DNA of 64,000 bases, taken from Limisphaerales bacterium (GTDB lineage: Bacteria > Verrucomicrobiota > Verrucomicrobiia > Limisphaerales > JAYTXL01). Location of the stretch: assembly GCA_046593035.1 (NCBI GenBank), contig JBKJSC010000097.1:44013-108012 (forward strand). The letters run 5' to 3'. Numbering within the stretch: position 1 is the stretch's first letter; each line of letters starts with the position of its first letter. Under the pieces are notes generated by a model, which had not been told where the DNA came from, did not search any database, and worked only from the letters and a program-made list of their open reading frames with translations. The position numbers and the translations under genes are program-made. Below, in pieces: positions 19,314 to 28,607 of this stretch.

Positions 19314-20123
19314 ATGTTACAAAACATCTTTCACGGCCTCAATTCATTGATGGAACCGATCGGGTTCCTCTGGGTTTTGCAACTCGCAGCGGCGGCGGTG
19401 TTGCTGCACCGGCGGCGACGACGACTCGCGCTGCTGTTCGGCGCGATGGCGCTTTTTATCTGGTTGATCGGCGGCAGCGGTTTGCCGGACCGATTGTTGG
19501 GCGCGCTGGAACGGCCGCAGGTGGGAACGGGTTTGGCGGAGGTTCCGGTGGGCGACGCGGTGGTGATGCTGGGTGGCGCGCATCGCCATTCCCAGCACGA
19601 CGCGTTCGAGATGGATTTGACCGCCGCCGCCGACCGGGCCGTCACGGCCATGGAATTGATCCGCCTGCGCAAGGCTCCCGTGCTGGTGCTGGGCGGAAAC
19701 CATTACAAGGTGAACGACCAAAAGTTTGTGGAAGCGGAACTGTTGCAACGCTGGTTCACGGCCTGGCAGCTCACCAACGCGCCGGTGCTCAACCTCGGCA
19801 TCAACGCCAACACCCACGACGAGGCGGTGCATACCAAAGCGCTGTGCGCGGAACGCGGCTGGAAGCGCGTGATTCTCGTCACGTCCGCGTTTCACATGCG
19901 GCGCGCCGAAGCGGTGTTCCGCACGGCGGACGTGTCGGTGGTGACGGTGGCGTGTGATTACCAGACGTCGTGTGGCGAACAAATTGCCGAGATCAACGTG
20001 ATCCCCCGCTACGAAGGGTTTCAACAGCTCGGACTCTACCTGCACGAAATCTACGGCTGGTACTATTACCGGCTGCGCGGCTGGATCGACGGCAGCGCCA
20101 AGCCGACTACCACGAAAGAGTGA
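19314..20123 (+). CDS. DUF218/YdcF (ElyC-like) family membrane-anchored protein
   Basis: N-terminal TM helices, then VVMLGGA...PVLVLGG...NTHDEAV...VILVTSAFHMRRA, typical of DUF218. Confidence 0.8.
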   Translation: MLQNIFHGLNSLMEPIGFLWVLQLAAAAVLLHRRRRRLALLFGAMALFIWLIGGSGLPDRLLGALERPQVGTGLAEVPVGDAVVMLGGAHRHSQHDAFEMDLTAAADRAVTAMELIRLRKAPVLVLGGNHYKVNDQKFVEAELLQRWFTAWQLTNAPVLNLGINANTHDEAVHTKALCAERGWKRVILVTSAFHMRRAEAVFRTADVSVVTVACDYQTSCGEQIAEINVIPRYEGFQQLGLYLHEIYGWYYYRLRGWIDGSAKPTTTKE

Positions 20124-20201
20124 TCTGCTTCGCGTCTGGAAACTTTTCCGCACATTCGAGAGGATTGCACACGGCGTCGAAGCCGTTATACTCGCCGCCA
20201 T

Positions 20202-20903
20202 ATGCCAGCAGCCACCACATTGCCTGAACGATTACGGCGAGCGAATTTTGCACGGCCGGGCGGGACGTTGAGTTTGCTTCCCGCGCTGGTGGCGGTATTC
20301 GCGTTCGCGGCCGCCGCGCAAGCCCAGGCGATTGTGGAAGGCACCGTGCAATTGCCCGCGCAACCGGCGAACACGGTTTTGAACCAGCGTTATCAAGCCG
20401 CCGGGGGCACAGTCGCGGCCCCGGAACCGCCGACCGCCGTAGTGTATCTGGAAGGGACGTTTCCCGCCGCCGCGACGAACTCCGCCGTACAGATGGGCCA
20501 GAAGAATTTACAGTTCGCCAAGGGACTATTGCCCATCCAAAAAGGGACGACGGTGGAGTTTCCAAATCAAGATGAGGTATATCACAACGTGTTTTCGTAC
20601 GCCAAAATCAAGCGCTTTGATCTGGGCCGCTACCGCAAGGAGGACAAGCCCGCCACACAGACCTTCGACAAGCCGGGCGTGGTACCCTTGTTCTGTGAAA
20701 TCCACGAGCACATGCGCGCCACGATCCTCGTGCTCGACACGCCACACTTTGTGAAGACCGACGCGACCGGCAAATACCGGCTGGAGAATTTGCCACCCGG
20801 CCAATACAAGCTCAAAGCCTGGCTCAACGAAAAACTCATCTTGGAAAAGCCTGTGGAATTGAAGGCCGGCGAAACCGTGCGCGTCGATTTCCCCGGCAAA
20901 TAG
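20202..20903 (+). CDS. secreted cupredoxin-like protein ('methylamine utilization protein'-type family) + carboxypeptidase-regulatory-like domain
   Basis: Signal peptide. F.P....KGTTVEFPNQDEVYHNVFS...FDLGRY...PGVVPLFCEIHEHMRATILV (His...Cys-x2-His-x2-Met pattern), then TDATGKYRLENLPPGQYKLKAW. Confidence 0.7.
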   Translation: MPAATTLPERLRRANFARPGGTLSLLPALVAVFAFAAAAQAQAIVEGTVQLPAQPANTVLNQRYQAAGGTVAAPEPPTAVVYLEGTFPAAATNSAVQMGQKNLQFAKGLLPIQKGTTVEFPNQDEVYHNVFSYAKIKRFDLGRYRKEDKPATQTFDKPGVVPLFCEIHEHMRATILVLDTPHFVKTDATGKYRLENLPPGQYKLKAWLNEKLILEKPVELKAGETVRVDFPGK

Positions 20904-20908
20904 GCGTT

Positions 20909-22780
20909 ATGGGAGCCTTGAGTTTTCGCATCAAATTACTGCTGGCCATGATGCTCATCGTCGCGGGCGTCACCGGCGCGACGTTGATCGCCACGCAGAA
21001 ACGGGTGAAGGCCGCCTACCAGGATTTGTTTCAAGAACAGTTTGAAACGCTGATCAATTATTTCGCCGACAAACAGGAGGCCCGCCTCAGTACCGCCAAG
21101 GACAAATGTTCCGAGCTGGCCCGCACCGTCCGCTTCACCGCGTTTTTTTTGACCAACGAAAATCCGGATCCGGAAGACATCGCGGATTTGTACAAGACCG
21201 CCCAGGATGAGTTGCGCGAAGTGCGTCAAAAAGAAATTAGAAAACAACGCCCCCAGCCAGCCAAGCCGCTGCCGGCTTTGCCCCTCCGGAGAAATGGCAA
21301 GCCCGCCGTGGCGACGCAAGCGGCGGCCGCCATGCAGGAAAAATTGCTGGGTGGCGAGGCGGTGTTCCTCCGTTTTCTGAACGCCAAGGGGCAGGTCTTG
21401 CAGACCAAGGAACCGCGGGTGCTTAAGCCGGCCAACCGGGCACGCGTGGATCAACAATTGTCCGCGATCTCCCAAGGGTTGAGTAACGTCAAAGAGCAGG
21501 AGACCGGCTATTTGTCCACGGAAGAGGATAAACTTTTGGAAGTCGTCGTCACCCCAATCATCGACGCCGCCTCCGGCCAGACGCTCGCCGCGCTGGTCAT
21601 CGGCGTTCCCGTCGGGGACATGGGAGGAGATGATTTGAAAAAGATGAGCCAGATTCGCAGCGGCATCTTTCTGGGCAATCAGATTCACTCCCAGACGATT
21701 CCCAAGGAAATCCAGGCCGATCTGTCCCGGTGCCTGCAGGAGGAAATCAAACTCCACGCGGAGCCGCGAGATGACTTTGTTTTTTCGATGGCCGGCAAGC
21801 CGTATCAGGTGTTTTACAAGCCGCTCAATCCCGACTCGCCGTTTCCCATCGCCCATCACGTCGGTCTGTATTCGCTGGAAAAGGTGCGCGCGGGTGAAAG
21901 CGGGCTGCGTCTGAGCATCCTGAGCTTCAGTGCGCTGGCGTTGCTCGGCGCGCTGGCCGTCAGTTTGTTGTTGTCCCACGGCCTGGCGGCGCCGCTGCGT
22001 GAGCTGGTCGCCGCCACCCTGGAAATCAAGAAGGGCAACTTCACCGTCAAGCTGCCCGTGCGCAGCCGGGTGGACTTCGGTCAACTCGCCCACTCCTTCA
22101 ACGAAATGACCGCCGATCTCGCGTTGAAGGAAAAATATCACAACGTCCTCAACATGGTGGCCGACAAAGATGTCGCCCAGCGGCTCATGTCGGGCGACGT
22201 CGCGCTCGGCGGCGAAGTCCGCGAGATCAGCGTTCTCTTCTGCGACATCCGGGGTTTCACCGCGCTCACGCAAAACATGCCGCCCGCCGAGGTGATTCAG
22301 ATGCTGAACGAGCACATGACGGCCTTGACGCGTGTCGTTTATGAACACCACGGCGTGGTGGATAAATTTGTGGGCGATCTGATCATGGCCGTTTTTGGCG
22401 CGCCCAAAAGCTACGGCAACGACGCCTTCAACGCTGCCCGGTGCGCGGTACGGATGATCGAGGAGCGGCAAAAATTAAACCAGACCTCGCACCATAAAAT
22501 CGAAATGGGCATCGGCATCGCCACCGGCCAGGCTATCGCCGGTTGCATGGGTTCGAGCGACCGTTTGAACTACACCGTGCTCGGCGAGCGGGTCAACCTC
22601 GCCTCGCGACTGTGCGGCCAGGCCGGCCGCATGCAAGTGGTCATCGGCGAAACCACCCGCGAAAAATTGGGCGACCTGATCGAAGCGGAACCGCTGCCCG
22701 ATTTGTTGCTCAAAGGCTTTGCCGAAGCGGTCAAGGCCTACAAACTCACCGCCGTGCATTCGCAGCCGACCTCGTCATGA
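20909..22780 (+). CDS. membrane class III adenylate/guanylate cyclase with about 300-aa periplasmic sensor region and HAMP domain
   Basis: TM1 (residues about 5-27), a large extracytoplasmic region, TM2, HAMP (PLRELVAATLEIKKGNF...), and a cyclase core (VLFCDIRGFTAL...DKFVGDLIMAVFGAP...GIATGQAIAGCMGS..R.NYTVLGERVNLASRL). Confidence 0.9.
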   Translation: MGALSFRIKLLLAMMLIVAGVTGATLIATQKRVKAAYQDLFQEQFETLINYFADKQEARLSTAKDKCSELARTVRFTAFFLTNENPDPEDIADLYKTAQDELREVRQKEIRKQRPQPAKPLPALPLRRNGKPAVATQAAAAMQEKLLGGEAVFLRFLNAKGQVLQTKEPRVLKPANRARVDQQLSAISQGLSNVKEQETGYLSTEEDKLLEVVVTPIIDAASGQTLAALVIGVPVGDMGGDDLKKMSQIRSGIFLGNQIHSQTIPKEIQADLSRCLQEEIKLHAEPRDDFVFSMAGKPYQVFYKPLNPDSPFPIAHHVGLYSLEKVRAGESGLRLSILSFSALALLGALAVSLLLSHGLAAPLRELVAATLEIKKGNFTVKLPVRSRVDFGQLAHSFNEMTADLALKEKYHNVLNMVADKDVAQRLMSGDVALGGEVREISVLFCDIRGFTALTQNMPPAEVIQMLNEHMTALTRVVYEHHGVVDKFVGDLIMAVFGAPKSYGNDAFNAARCAVRMIEERQKLNQTSHHKIEMGIGIATGQAIAGCMGSSDRLNYTVLGERVNLASRLCGQAGRMQVVIGETTREKLGDLIEAEPLPDLLLKGFAEAVKAYKLTAVHSQPTSS

Positions 22781-24015
22781 AAAGAATATTTTACAGTCTG
22801 ATCCTCGGCGCGACGCTCGTTTCCACGGCGTTCACCGCCCGCGCCCAAACTCAGTGGCTGCAACAACTGGATGAAGCCCTCTTCGTCCAATCGTCCGGTG
22901 GATTTTTCCGGAGCGACCTCAGTGGGTTGATCGACCTGGAGGGCTATTACCTCGACCAACGCCCGCCCGGTTTGATTTTCGGCAACGGCGATGCGTTTTT
23001 CAATCCGCGCCTCTCGCTGTTTCTCGACACGCACCTCGGCCCGCATTTTTACAGTCTCGTACAGGCACGCGTGGATCGCGGCTTCGATCCACGTGCGGCC
23101 CGGCGCTCGGCGCGGTTTGACGAATATTTGCTCCGCTACACGCCTTTCCACGATGCGCGGCTGAATCTGCAAATCGGCAACTTCGCCACGATGATCGGCA
23201 ACTGGGTGCCCCGTCATGATTCCTGGAGCAACCCCTTCATCACCGCGCCGGTACCGTACGAAAATGTCACCACCATCACCGACCGCGCGGTGCCCGGCAC
23301 GTCTGGCGGATTCCTCGCGCGCAGGAATGTCCCCGACATAAAAACCTCCTGGTTGCCCCTTGTCTGGGGGCCGTCGTACGCGGCGGGCGTGGCGGTCTTT
23401 GGCCGGTTGGACAAATTCGATTACGCAGTCGAAATCAAAAACGCCTCAGTCTCCTCCCGGCCCACCGTGTGGGGCGCCCGCAAACTCGGCTGGGAGAATC
23501 CGACCTTCAGCGGTCGCGTTGGCTATCGTCCCGACGCGGCGTGGAACTTCGGTTCCTCGTTCAGCTACGGAGCCTATTTGACACCGACCGCGCAGACACT
23601 GCCCGCGTTTCCGAAGGGCCAGGGCTTGGGTGATTTTCCGCAAACCACCCTCGCGCAGGATGTCAGTTTCGCCTGGCATCACTGGCAACTGTGGGCGGAA
23701 GTTTTTGAATCGCGCTTTGAAGTCCCGAACGTCGGCAACGCCGACACGCTCGCGTATTTCCTCGAAGCGAAATACAAAATCACGCCGCGCCTCTTCGGTG
23801 CCCTGCGCTGGAACCAGCAACTCTTCTGGACGGTGCCCAACGGCAAGGGCGGGCGGCAACCGTGGGACCGCGACCTCTGGCGCGTGGACACGGCGCTCGG
23901 TTACCGCTTCGACCGCCATCTGCAAGGCAAGCTGCAATACAGCTACGGCCACCAGAACGGTCCGTTCCAACAAGGCGAACAACTCGTCGCGGCGCAGATC
24001 ACCGTGAAGTTTTGA
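22777..24015 (+). CDS. outer-membrane beta-barrel protein (porin-like), hypothetical
   Basis: Track ORF 22543-24015. The ATG at 22777 overlaps the cyclase TGA (ATGA) and gives signal peptide MKRIFYSLILGATLVSTAFTARAQ. The sequence is rich in alternating aromatic strands and ends ...AAQITVKF (C-terminal Phe). Confidence 0.65.
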   Translation: MKRIFYSLILGATLVSTAFTARAQTQWLQQLDEALFVQSSGGFFRSDLSGLIDLEGYYLDQRPPGLIFGNGDAFFNPRLSLFLDTHLGPHFYSLVQARVDRGFDPRAARRSARFDEYLLRYTPFHDARLNLQIGNFATMIGNWVPRHDSWSNPFITAPVPYENVTTITDRAVPGTSGGFLARRNVPDIKTSWLPLVWGPSYAAGVAVFGRLDKFDYAVEIKNASVSSRPTVWGARKLGWENPTFSGRVGYRPDAAWNFGSSFSYGAYLTPTAQTLPAFPKGQGLGDFPQTTLAQDVSFAWHHWQLWAEVFESRFEVPNVGNADTLAYFLEAKYKITPRLFGALRWNQQLFWTVPNGKGGRQPWDRDLWRVDTALGYRFDRHLQGKLQYSYGHQNGPFQQGEQLVAAQITVKF

Positions 24016-24037
24016 GCGAACCATTCCCCACAACTGC

Positions 24038-25780
24038 GTGCCGTCTGCGTCTTCATCACCGCGTTCCTCCTGGCTGCTGCTGGGGTTGACGTTGTTCACT
24101 TTCTTTTTCCTGCTCGGCACCCGTTCGCTCAACGAGCCGGATGAAGGCCGCTACGCCGAAATCGCCCGCGAGATGGTCGAGACGGGCGACTGGCTCGTGC
24201 CCACGATTTGGTACGTGCCGCACTTGGACAAACCGCCGCTGACGTATTGGGCCGTCGCCGTCTCGTTGAAACTTTTCGGCCTAAACGAATGGGCCGTGCG
24301 CCTGCCCGTGGCGCTGGCGGGCTTGAGCGGCGTGTGGGCGGCGTGGCTGCTGGGCCTTTCGCTCGGCGGGCGCGGCACGGCGCGCTGGAGCGTGCTCATC
24401 CTGCTCAGTTCGGTGCTTTACTTCGCGATGTCACGAATGCTTACCACCGATATTTTCCTCACGCAGTTTGTCGTTTGGTCGGTATATCTTTTCTGGCGCT
24501 GCTGGCGGAGCCTCGATGGTTTGAGCGACGCGGACGAAGACCGGCGTGCCCGCGCCGCGCGGAAATCTTTCATCTGGCAAGTGCTCGGCTGGGCCGCACT
24601 GGCCGGCGGTTTTCTCACGAAAGGTCCGGTGGCGCTCGCGATTCCCGCGGCCGCGTTCGGCGCGCTGCTGTTCTTTCGCCGCCGCGAGGCCGCGCGGCTG
24701 AATGTGCTATTGCTGGGCGCGATGGCCGGGGTGACACTGTTCAGCGTGCTCGCGCTACCGTGGTATTTCATGGTGTTCGATGCGCAACCCGCCGCCTTCG
24801 ATTTCATGGTGAAGAACCGTCTGGCCGGCCACGCGCTCGGCACCACGGTCAAAAATCGCGGTGGCTCGCCATTCTATTTCATCGGCATACTCGCGGTCGG
24901 TTTTCTGCCCTGGACTCCATTGCTCGGCTGGCTCTGGCGGAAGGCCCACTGGCGGAGTTTGAGCGCGCCGCAAAAGGAAGGCTGGGTGATGTTGAGCGCG
25001 TGGGTGATTTTCACCTTCGTGCTGTTCTCGCTCAACAAATCCAAACTGCCGGCGTATATCCTGCCGCTCTTCCCCGCGCTCGCCGTGATGATCGCCTTGC
25101 GCTGGCCGGATTGGAAATCTGCGGTGCCGGGCGAGTCGTTTTCCAACCGACTCTGGCTGGGAATTATTCTCGGCCCGGTCTTATTGCTCGGCGGATTTCT
25201 CGCGGCGCAACGAATCGTATTCAAGGTCGAGAACCAAAACTTGCTGCTCTGGCTGGTTCCCATCGCGGCCATTGCGCTGGTCACCTTTCATCGGCGACGA
25301 AAAGCAGAACAACCGGAAACCAGCGCCCGCGTCGCCGTCGGCGCAAGTCTCGCCGTGATGTTCTGCATCATCCTGCTCGTTCCCGGCATTGAGACGCGCC
25401 TTAAAAATAACCAAACACTCAAGCCCATCGGTGTGGCCTTGCGCGCCGAGTTCCGGCCCGGCGACCGCGTCGTAATCTGGGGTCGTCTTCCGCAAGGCCT
25501 TCCGTTCTACGCGTATCCCGCCATCAGCGCGATCCATCGGCCTTATCTCGGGGGCCTGCCCATGGATCGGATGCCCTTTGAGTTCCCCGGCAACCAGAAA
25601 CTTTTGGAAACCTGGCTCGTGCCGGACATCGACCATTTCCGCCAGATGCTTTCCGGCGATGCACGTGTGTTGGTCGTCGCCAATCGCGGCACCTTCGCCA
25701 CCGTGCGCAATTGGTCGGCCGCGCCCACCGCGCGAATGCTCGCCGAGGCCGGCGAGTGGGAAATGTTTGCCAACCGTTGA
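24038..25780 (+). CDS. GT39/GT83-type glycosyltransferase (ArnT / PMT-like, polytopic membrane)
   Basis: GTG start. N-terminal ...LNEPDEGRYAEIAREM...DKPPLTYW motif and about 12 TM segments. Confidence 0.85.
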   Translation: MPSASSSPRSSWLLLGLTLFTFFFLLGTRSLNEPDEGRYAEIAREMVETGDWLVPTIWYVPHLDKPPLTYWAVAVSLKLFGLNEWAVRLPVALAGLSGVWAAWLLGLSLGGRGTARWSVLILLSSVLYFAMSRMLTTDIFLTQFVVWSVYLFWRCWRSLDGLSDADEDRRARAARKSFIWQVLGWAALAGGFLTKGPVALAIPAAAFGALLFFRRREAARLNVLLLGAMAGVTLFSVLALPWYFMVFDAQPAAFDFMVKNRLAGHALGTTVKNRGGSPFYFIGILAVGFLPWTPLLGWLWRKAHWRSLSAPQKEGWVMLSAWVIFTFVLFSLNKSKLPAYILPLFPALAVMIALRWPDWKSAVPGESFSNRLWLGIILGPVLLLGGFLAAQRIVFKVENQNLLLWLVPIAAIALVTFHRRRKAEQPETSARVAVGASLAVMFCIILLVPGIETRLKNNQTLKPIGVALRAEFRPGDRVVIWGRLPQGLPFYAYPAISAIHRPYLGGLPMDRMPFEFPGNQKLLETWLVPDIDHFRQMLSGDARVLVVANRGTFATVRNWSAAPTARMLAEAGEWEMFANR

Positions 25781-25873
25781 AACCCCGCCCGGCCTCACGG
25801 CGTCTTCCCGGTCTGAGGGCGAGATTCATTATTTGCAGTGAATCCGCGCCCCGATTAGTCTACGCGTTCACGA

Positions 25874-27175
25874 ATGAAAAAATTGATTTTATGGGTACTG
25901 GTCTTATCGCTCCTCGGCGGCGGCGGTTATTGGGCTTGGCAGAAATATCCGGACAAGCTCGCGTTCTGGAAATCCGGCACGGCCACCGCAACCAAGAAAC
26001 CGGGGCCGCCCACCACGGCCACAGTGGCGACGCGCGACATCAATTTCGCCGTCACTGCCACGGGCGACATCGGCCCGGTGGACACGGTCTCCGTGCGGCC
26101 CGAAGTCAGCGGGCGCATCGCCAAACTGAACGTGGACATCGGTGACAAGGCGAAGAAAAACGACATTCTGTTCGCGCTCGACGATTCCGACCTGCAAATT
26201 GAAAAACTGTCGCGCAAGACCGAGATCGAAGGCGCGAAGCTGCAAATCGCGACGCAGCGGATTCAACTCGAAAAATCCAAGTTGAGTTTCGACCGCACCA
26301 AGGAATTGTTTGGCAACAAGCTGGTTTCGCAGGAAGCCTTCGACAACGCACGGCTGGACATGGAGCTGACCCAGAACAGCCTGGACATCTCCAAGAACCG
26401 GCTGGAGGCCGCGCAAACCGCGTTGCAACAGGTCGAGGACAAATTAACCAAGACCATCATCCGCGCGCCGTTCGATTGCACGATCCTCACCCGGCCCGTC
26501 TCGGTGGGCCAGGCGGTCTCCGGTTCCAGCGGCGTGAACAGCGGCACCGAAGTGCTCACCGTTGCCAACCTTTCCGACATGATCATCACCGCGCACGTCA
26601 ACCAGTCCGACGTGACGCGCCTGAAAGTCAACCAGGCGGTGGCCGTGGAAGTGGAGGCGGTGCCCGGCCTCAAGCTGGTCGGCCATGTGGATCGCATCGC
26701 GCCGCAGGCCACCATCAAAAATGGCATCAAAGGTTTTTCCACGCGCATCATTCTCAAGAACGCCGAGGCGCAGGTGCGTCCCGGGATGACCGCCAACCTT
26801 TCCATCCCGCTCATCTCCGCCGACAACGTGATCGCGGTGCCGCTGGCCGCCGTCTTCACCGACCAAGGTGAACGCTTCGTGTACGTCAAGAAAGGCGAAA
26901 CCCAATACGAGCGCCAGCCGATCCAACTGGGCGTGGCGGATTATGACTTTGCCGAGGTGACGAAAGGATTGCAGGGCGGCGAAGTGGTTTCGCTCATCAC
27001 GCCGCCGGGTGAAACCAGCGCGGCGACGCAGGCCTTTGGCGGCAAGGGCGGGCCGCCGGGGGGAATGAAATCGGGTGGCAAGGCAGGCGGAAAAACTGGC
27101 ACCCCAAAATCAGGCGGGGAAAAAGGCGGCGGCAAGTCAGGCGGCGCTCCCAAATCCTCGGCGAGTTCAAAATAA
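25874..27175 (+). CDS. MacA-type periplasmic adaptor (HlyD family) for ABC exporter
   Basis: N-terminal TM anchor, lipoyl/hairpin/beta-barrel pattern (VRPEVSGRIAKLNVDIGDKAKKNDILFALD...IRAPFDCTIL), and a Gly/Lys-rich tail. Confidence 0.85.
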   Translation: MKKLILWVLVLSLLGGGGYWAWQKYPDKLAFWKSGTATATKKPGPPTTATVATRDINFAVTATGDIGPVDTVSVRPEVSGRIAKLNVDIGDKAKKNDILFALDDSDLQIEKLSRKTEIEGAKLQIATQRIQLEKSKLSFDRTKELFGNKLVSQEAFDNARLDMELTQNSLDISKNRLEAAQTALQQVEDKLTKTIIRAPFDCTILTRPVSVGQAVSGSSGVNSGTEVLTVANLSDMIITAHVNQSDVTRLKVNQAVAVEVEAVPGLKLVGHVDRIAPQATIKNGIKGFSTRIILKNAEAQVRPGMTANLSIPLISADNVIAVPLAAVFTDQGERFVYVKKGETQYERQPIQLGVADYDFAEVTKGLQGGEVVSLITPPGETSAATQAFGGKGGPPGGMKSGGKAGGKTGTPKSGGEKGGGKSGGAPKSSASSK

Positions 27176-27182
27176 TTACCCC

Positions 27183-27914
27183 ATGCCCCTCGTCGAACTG
27201 CGCCACGTCAGCAAGATTTACCACCTCGGTGGCGAGGAAATCCGCGCGCTCGACGACGTGTCGCTCGACATCGACGCGGGCGAATTCATCTCCATCATTG
27301 GCCCGTCGGGCAGCGGCAAATCGACGCTCATGCACATTCTCGGCTGCCTGGATTCGCCGTCCAAGGGGACGATCCAGCTCGACGGCACGATGATTGAAAA
27401 CGCCTCGCAACGTGAACTGGCGCGCATCCGCAATCAGAAGATCGGGTTCGTCTTTCAGTTCTTCAATCTGCTGCCGAAATTAAATGTGCTGCAGAACGTC
27501 GAGCTGCCGATGGTTTACAGCGGCGTCTCCAGCCGCGAACGCCGCGAGCGTGCCCTCTACGCGCTTCAACTCGTGGACATGGAAAACCGCGCCAAGCACC
27601 GCCCGATGCAGCTCTCCGGCGGCCAGCAGCAGCGCACGGCCATCGCCCGCGCGCTCGTGAACAGCCCGAAAATAGTTTTCGCCGACGAGCCAACGGGCAA
27701 CCTTGATTCGCACACCGGCGAGGCGATCCTGCATTTGTTCCACAAACTCAGCCAGGAAGGCCGCACCATCGCGCTGGTGACGCACGACCCGGAAATCGCC
27801 GCTGTCACCCCACGCCGCATCGAAATCCGCGACGGCAAGATCGCCAAGAACTTGGACACCAAACTCGCGGGAACCGGCGACGCGCCAAAATTTTCCGCGC
27901 CCAATCGGAATTAA
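27183..27914 (+). CDS. ABC transporter ATP-binding protein (MacB/LolD type)
   Basis: Track ORF 27075-27914; the ATG at 27183 gives MPLVELRHVSKIY. Walker A GPSGSGKST, signature LSGGQQQR, Walker B IVFADEPTGNLD. Confidence 0.95.
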   Translation: MPLVELRHVSKIYHLGGEEIRALDDVSLDIDAGEFISIIGPSGSGKSTLMHILGCLDSPSKGTIQLDGTMIENASQRELARIRNQKIGFVFQFFNLLPKLNVLQNVELPMVYSGVSSRERRERALYALQLVDMENRAKHRPMQLSGGQQQRTAIARALVNSPKIVFADEPTGNLDSHTGEAILHLFHKLSQEGRTIALVTHDPEIAAVTPRRIEIRDGKIAKNLDTKLAGTGDAPKFSAPNRN

Positions 27915-27978
27915 ATTCTAGAGTGATTGCCAAAATACATTTCCGGATCGAACGAGTTGTGAGATTTCGCGGGCCTTT

Positions 27979-28205
27979 CCCCCTCACCCTACACCGCTGC
28001 GGTGGCAGTGGCACAGGCGTCTCGCCTGTGCGTTTCGATCCGCACGGGCGAGACGCTCGTGCCACTACCTGGTTCATGGAGAGGGGGATTCCGTTCCCGC
28101 TGCTTGGAGAAAAACTGCGGCTGGATTCGCGAAAGGCACCATCCAGTCAGCCACGACGCGGCTGCGGTTCCTTCTCCCGGCGGGAGAAGGCTAGGATGAG
28201 GGGGA
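27979..28205. repeat. composite of GC-rich palindromic intergenic repeats
   Basis: 28004-28032 and 28041-28069 are 29-nt inverted arms (25/29 complementary, 8-nt loop), and each arm is itself internally palindromic (GCACAGGCG-TCT-CGCCTGTGC). 28170-28190 is a perfect 9-bp hairpin, CCTTCTCCC-GGC-GGGAGAAGG, followed by GGATGAGGGGG. It resembles the element at 56863-56924. Confidence 0.6.
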
Positions 28206-28261
28206 ACGCGTCAAAGCACACTGTCCAGAATTGAAATTGAATACTAACTGGCCTCATTCAT

Positions 28262-28588
28262 ATGAAATTTAGAATTCAATTGCTGATGGTGATGGTTTAC
28301 GGGATTGGGTCAGGTTGCTACTTCGCTTATCAAGTTTGGACCGTACGCGATCCCTCCCGTTTGGCTTCATTGGTTGTCTTGCTGATCATGATTGCGGTGA
28401 CGGCTAGGTGCATTTGGAAGCTGCGAAGGACAACCGATGCTCAGTTTGTCCGGGAAGAACGCCAAGCAAGAGACCAGGAATCGGAGTGGGTAGCACGGCA
28501 TCCAACCTTGATGAAATGGCTCATCGTTCTTTTCTTTGTAGTGATGATCTGCAACTTCTACATCCTTTGGAACGACTATCTCCGATGA
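28262..28588 (+). CDS. hypothetical small membrane protein (108 aa, about 3 TM), AT-richer insert inside the ABC operon
   Basis: ATG ORF with hydrophobic segments (LLMVMVYGIGSGCYFAY, LASLVVLLIMIAV, WLIVLFFVVMICNFYIL). Composition is visibly AT-richer than the flanking transporter genes. Confidence 0.45.
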   Translation: MKFRIQLLMVMVYGIGSGCYFAYQVWTVRDPSRLASLVVLLIMIAVTARCIWKLRRTTDAQFVREERQARDQESEWVARHPTLMKWLIVLFFVVMICNFYILWNDYLR

Positions 28589-28607
28589 AATTCAATTGCC
28601 CGCCGTC

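Noticed and set aside
20936-22471. 511-aa ORF antisense to the HAMP cyclase. There are similar long antisense ORFs at 28614-29963, 60633-62363, 33963-35222, 62425-63567, 41411-42835, 48263-49567, 2915-3916, 56990-57901 and 36320-37189.
   Set aside because: The translations are Arg/Ala/Gly/His-rich and low-complexity with no recognisable motifs. Each lies exactly opposite a gene with clear family signatures. This is the classic shadow-ORF artefact of GC-rich DNA.
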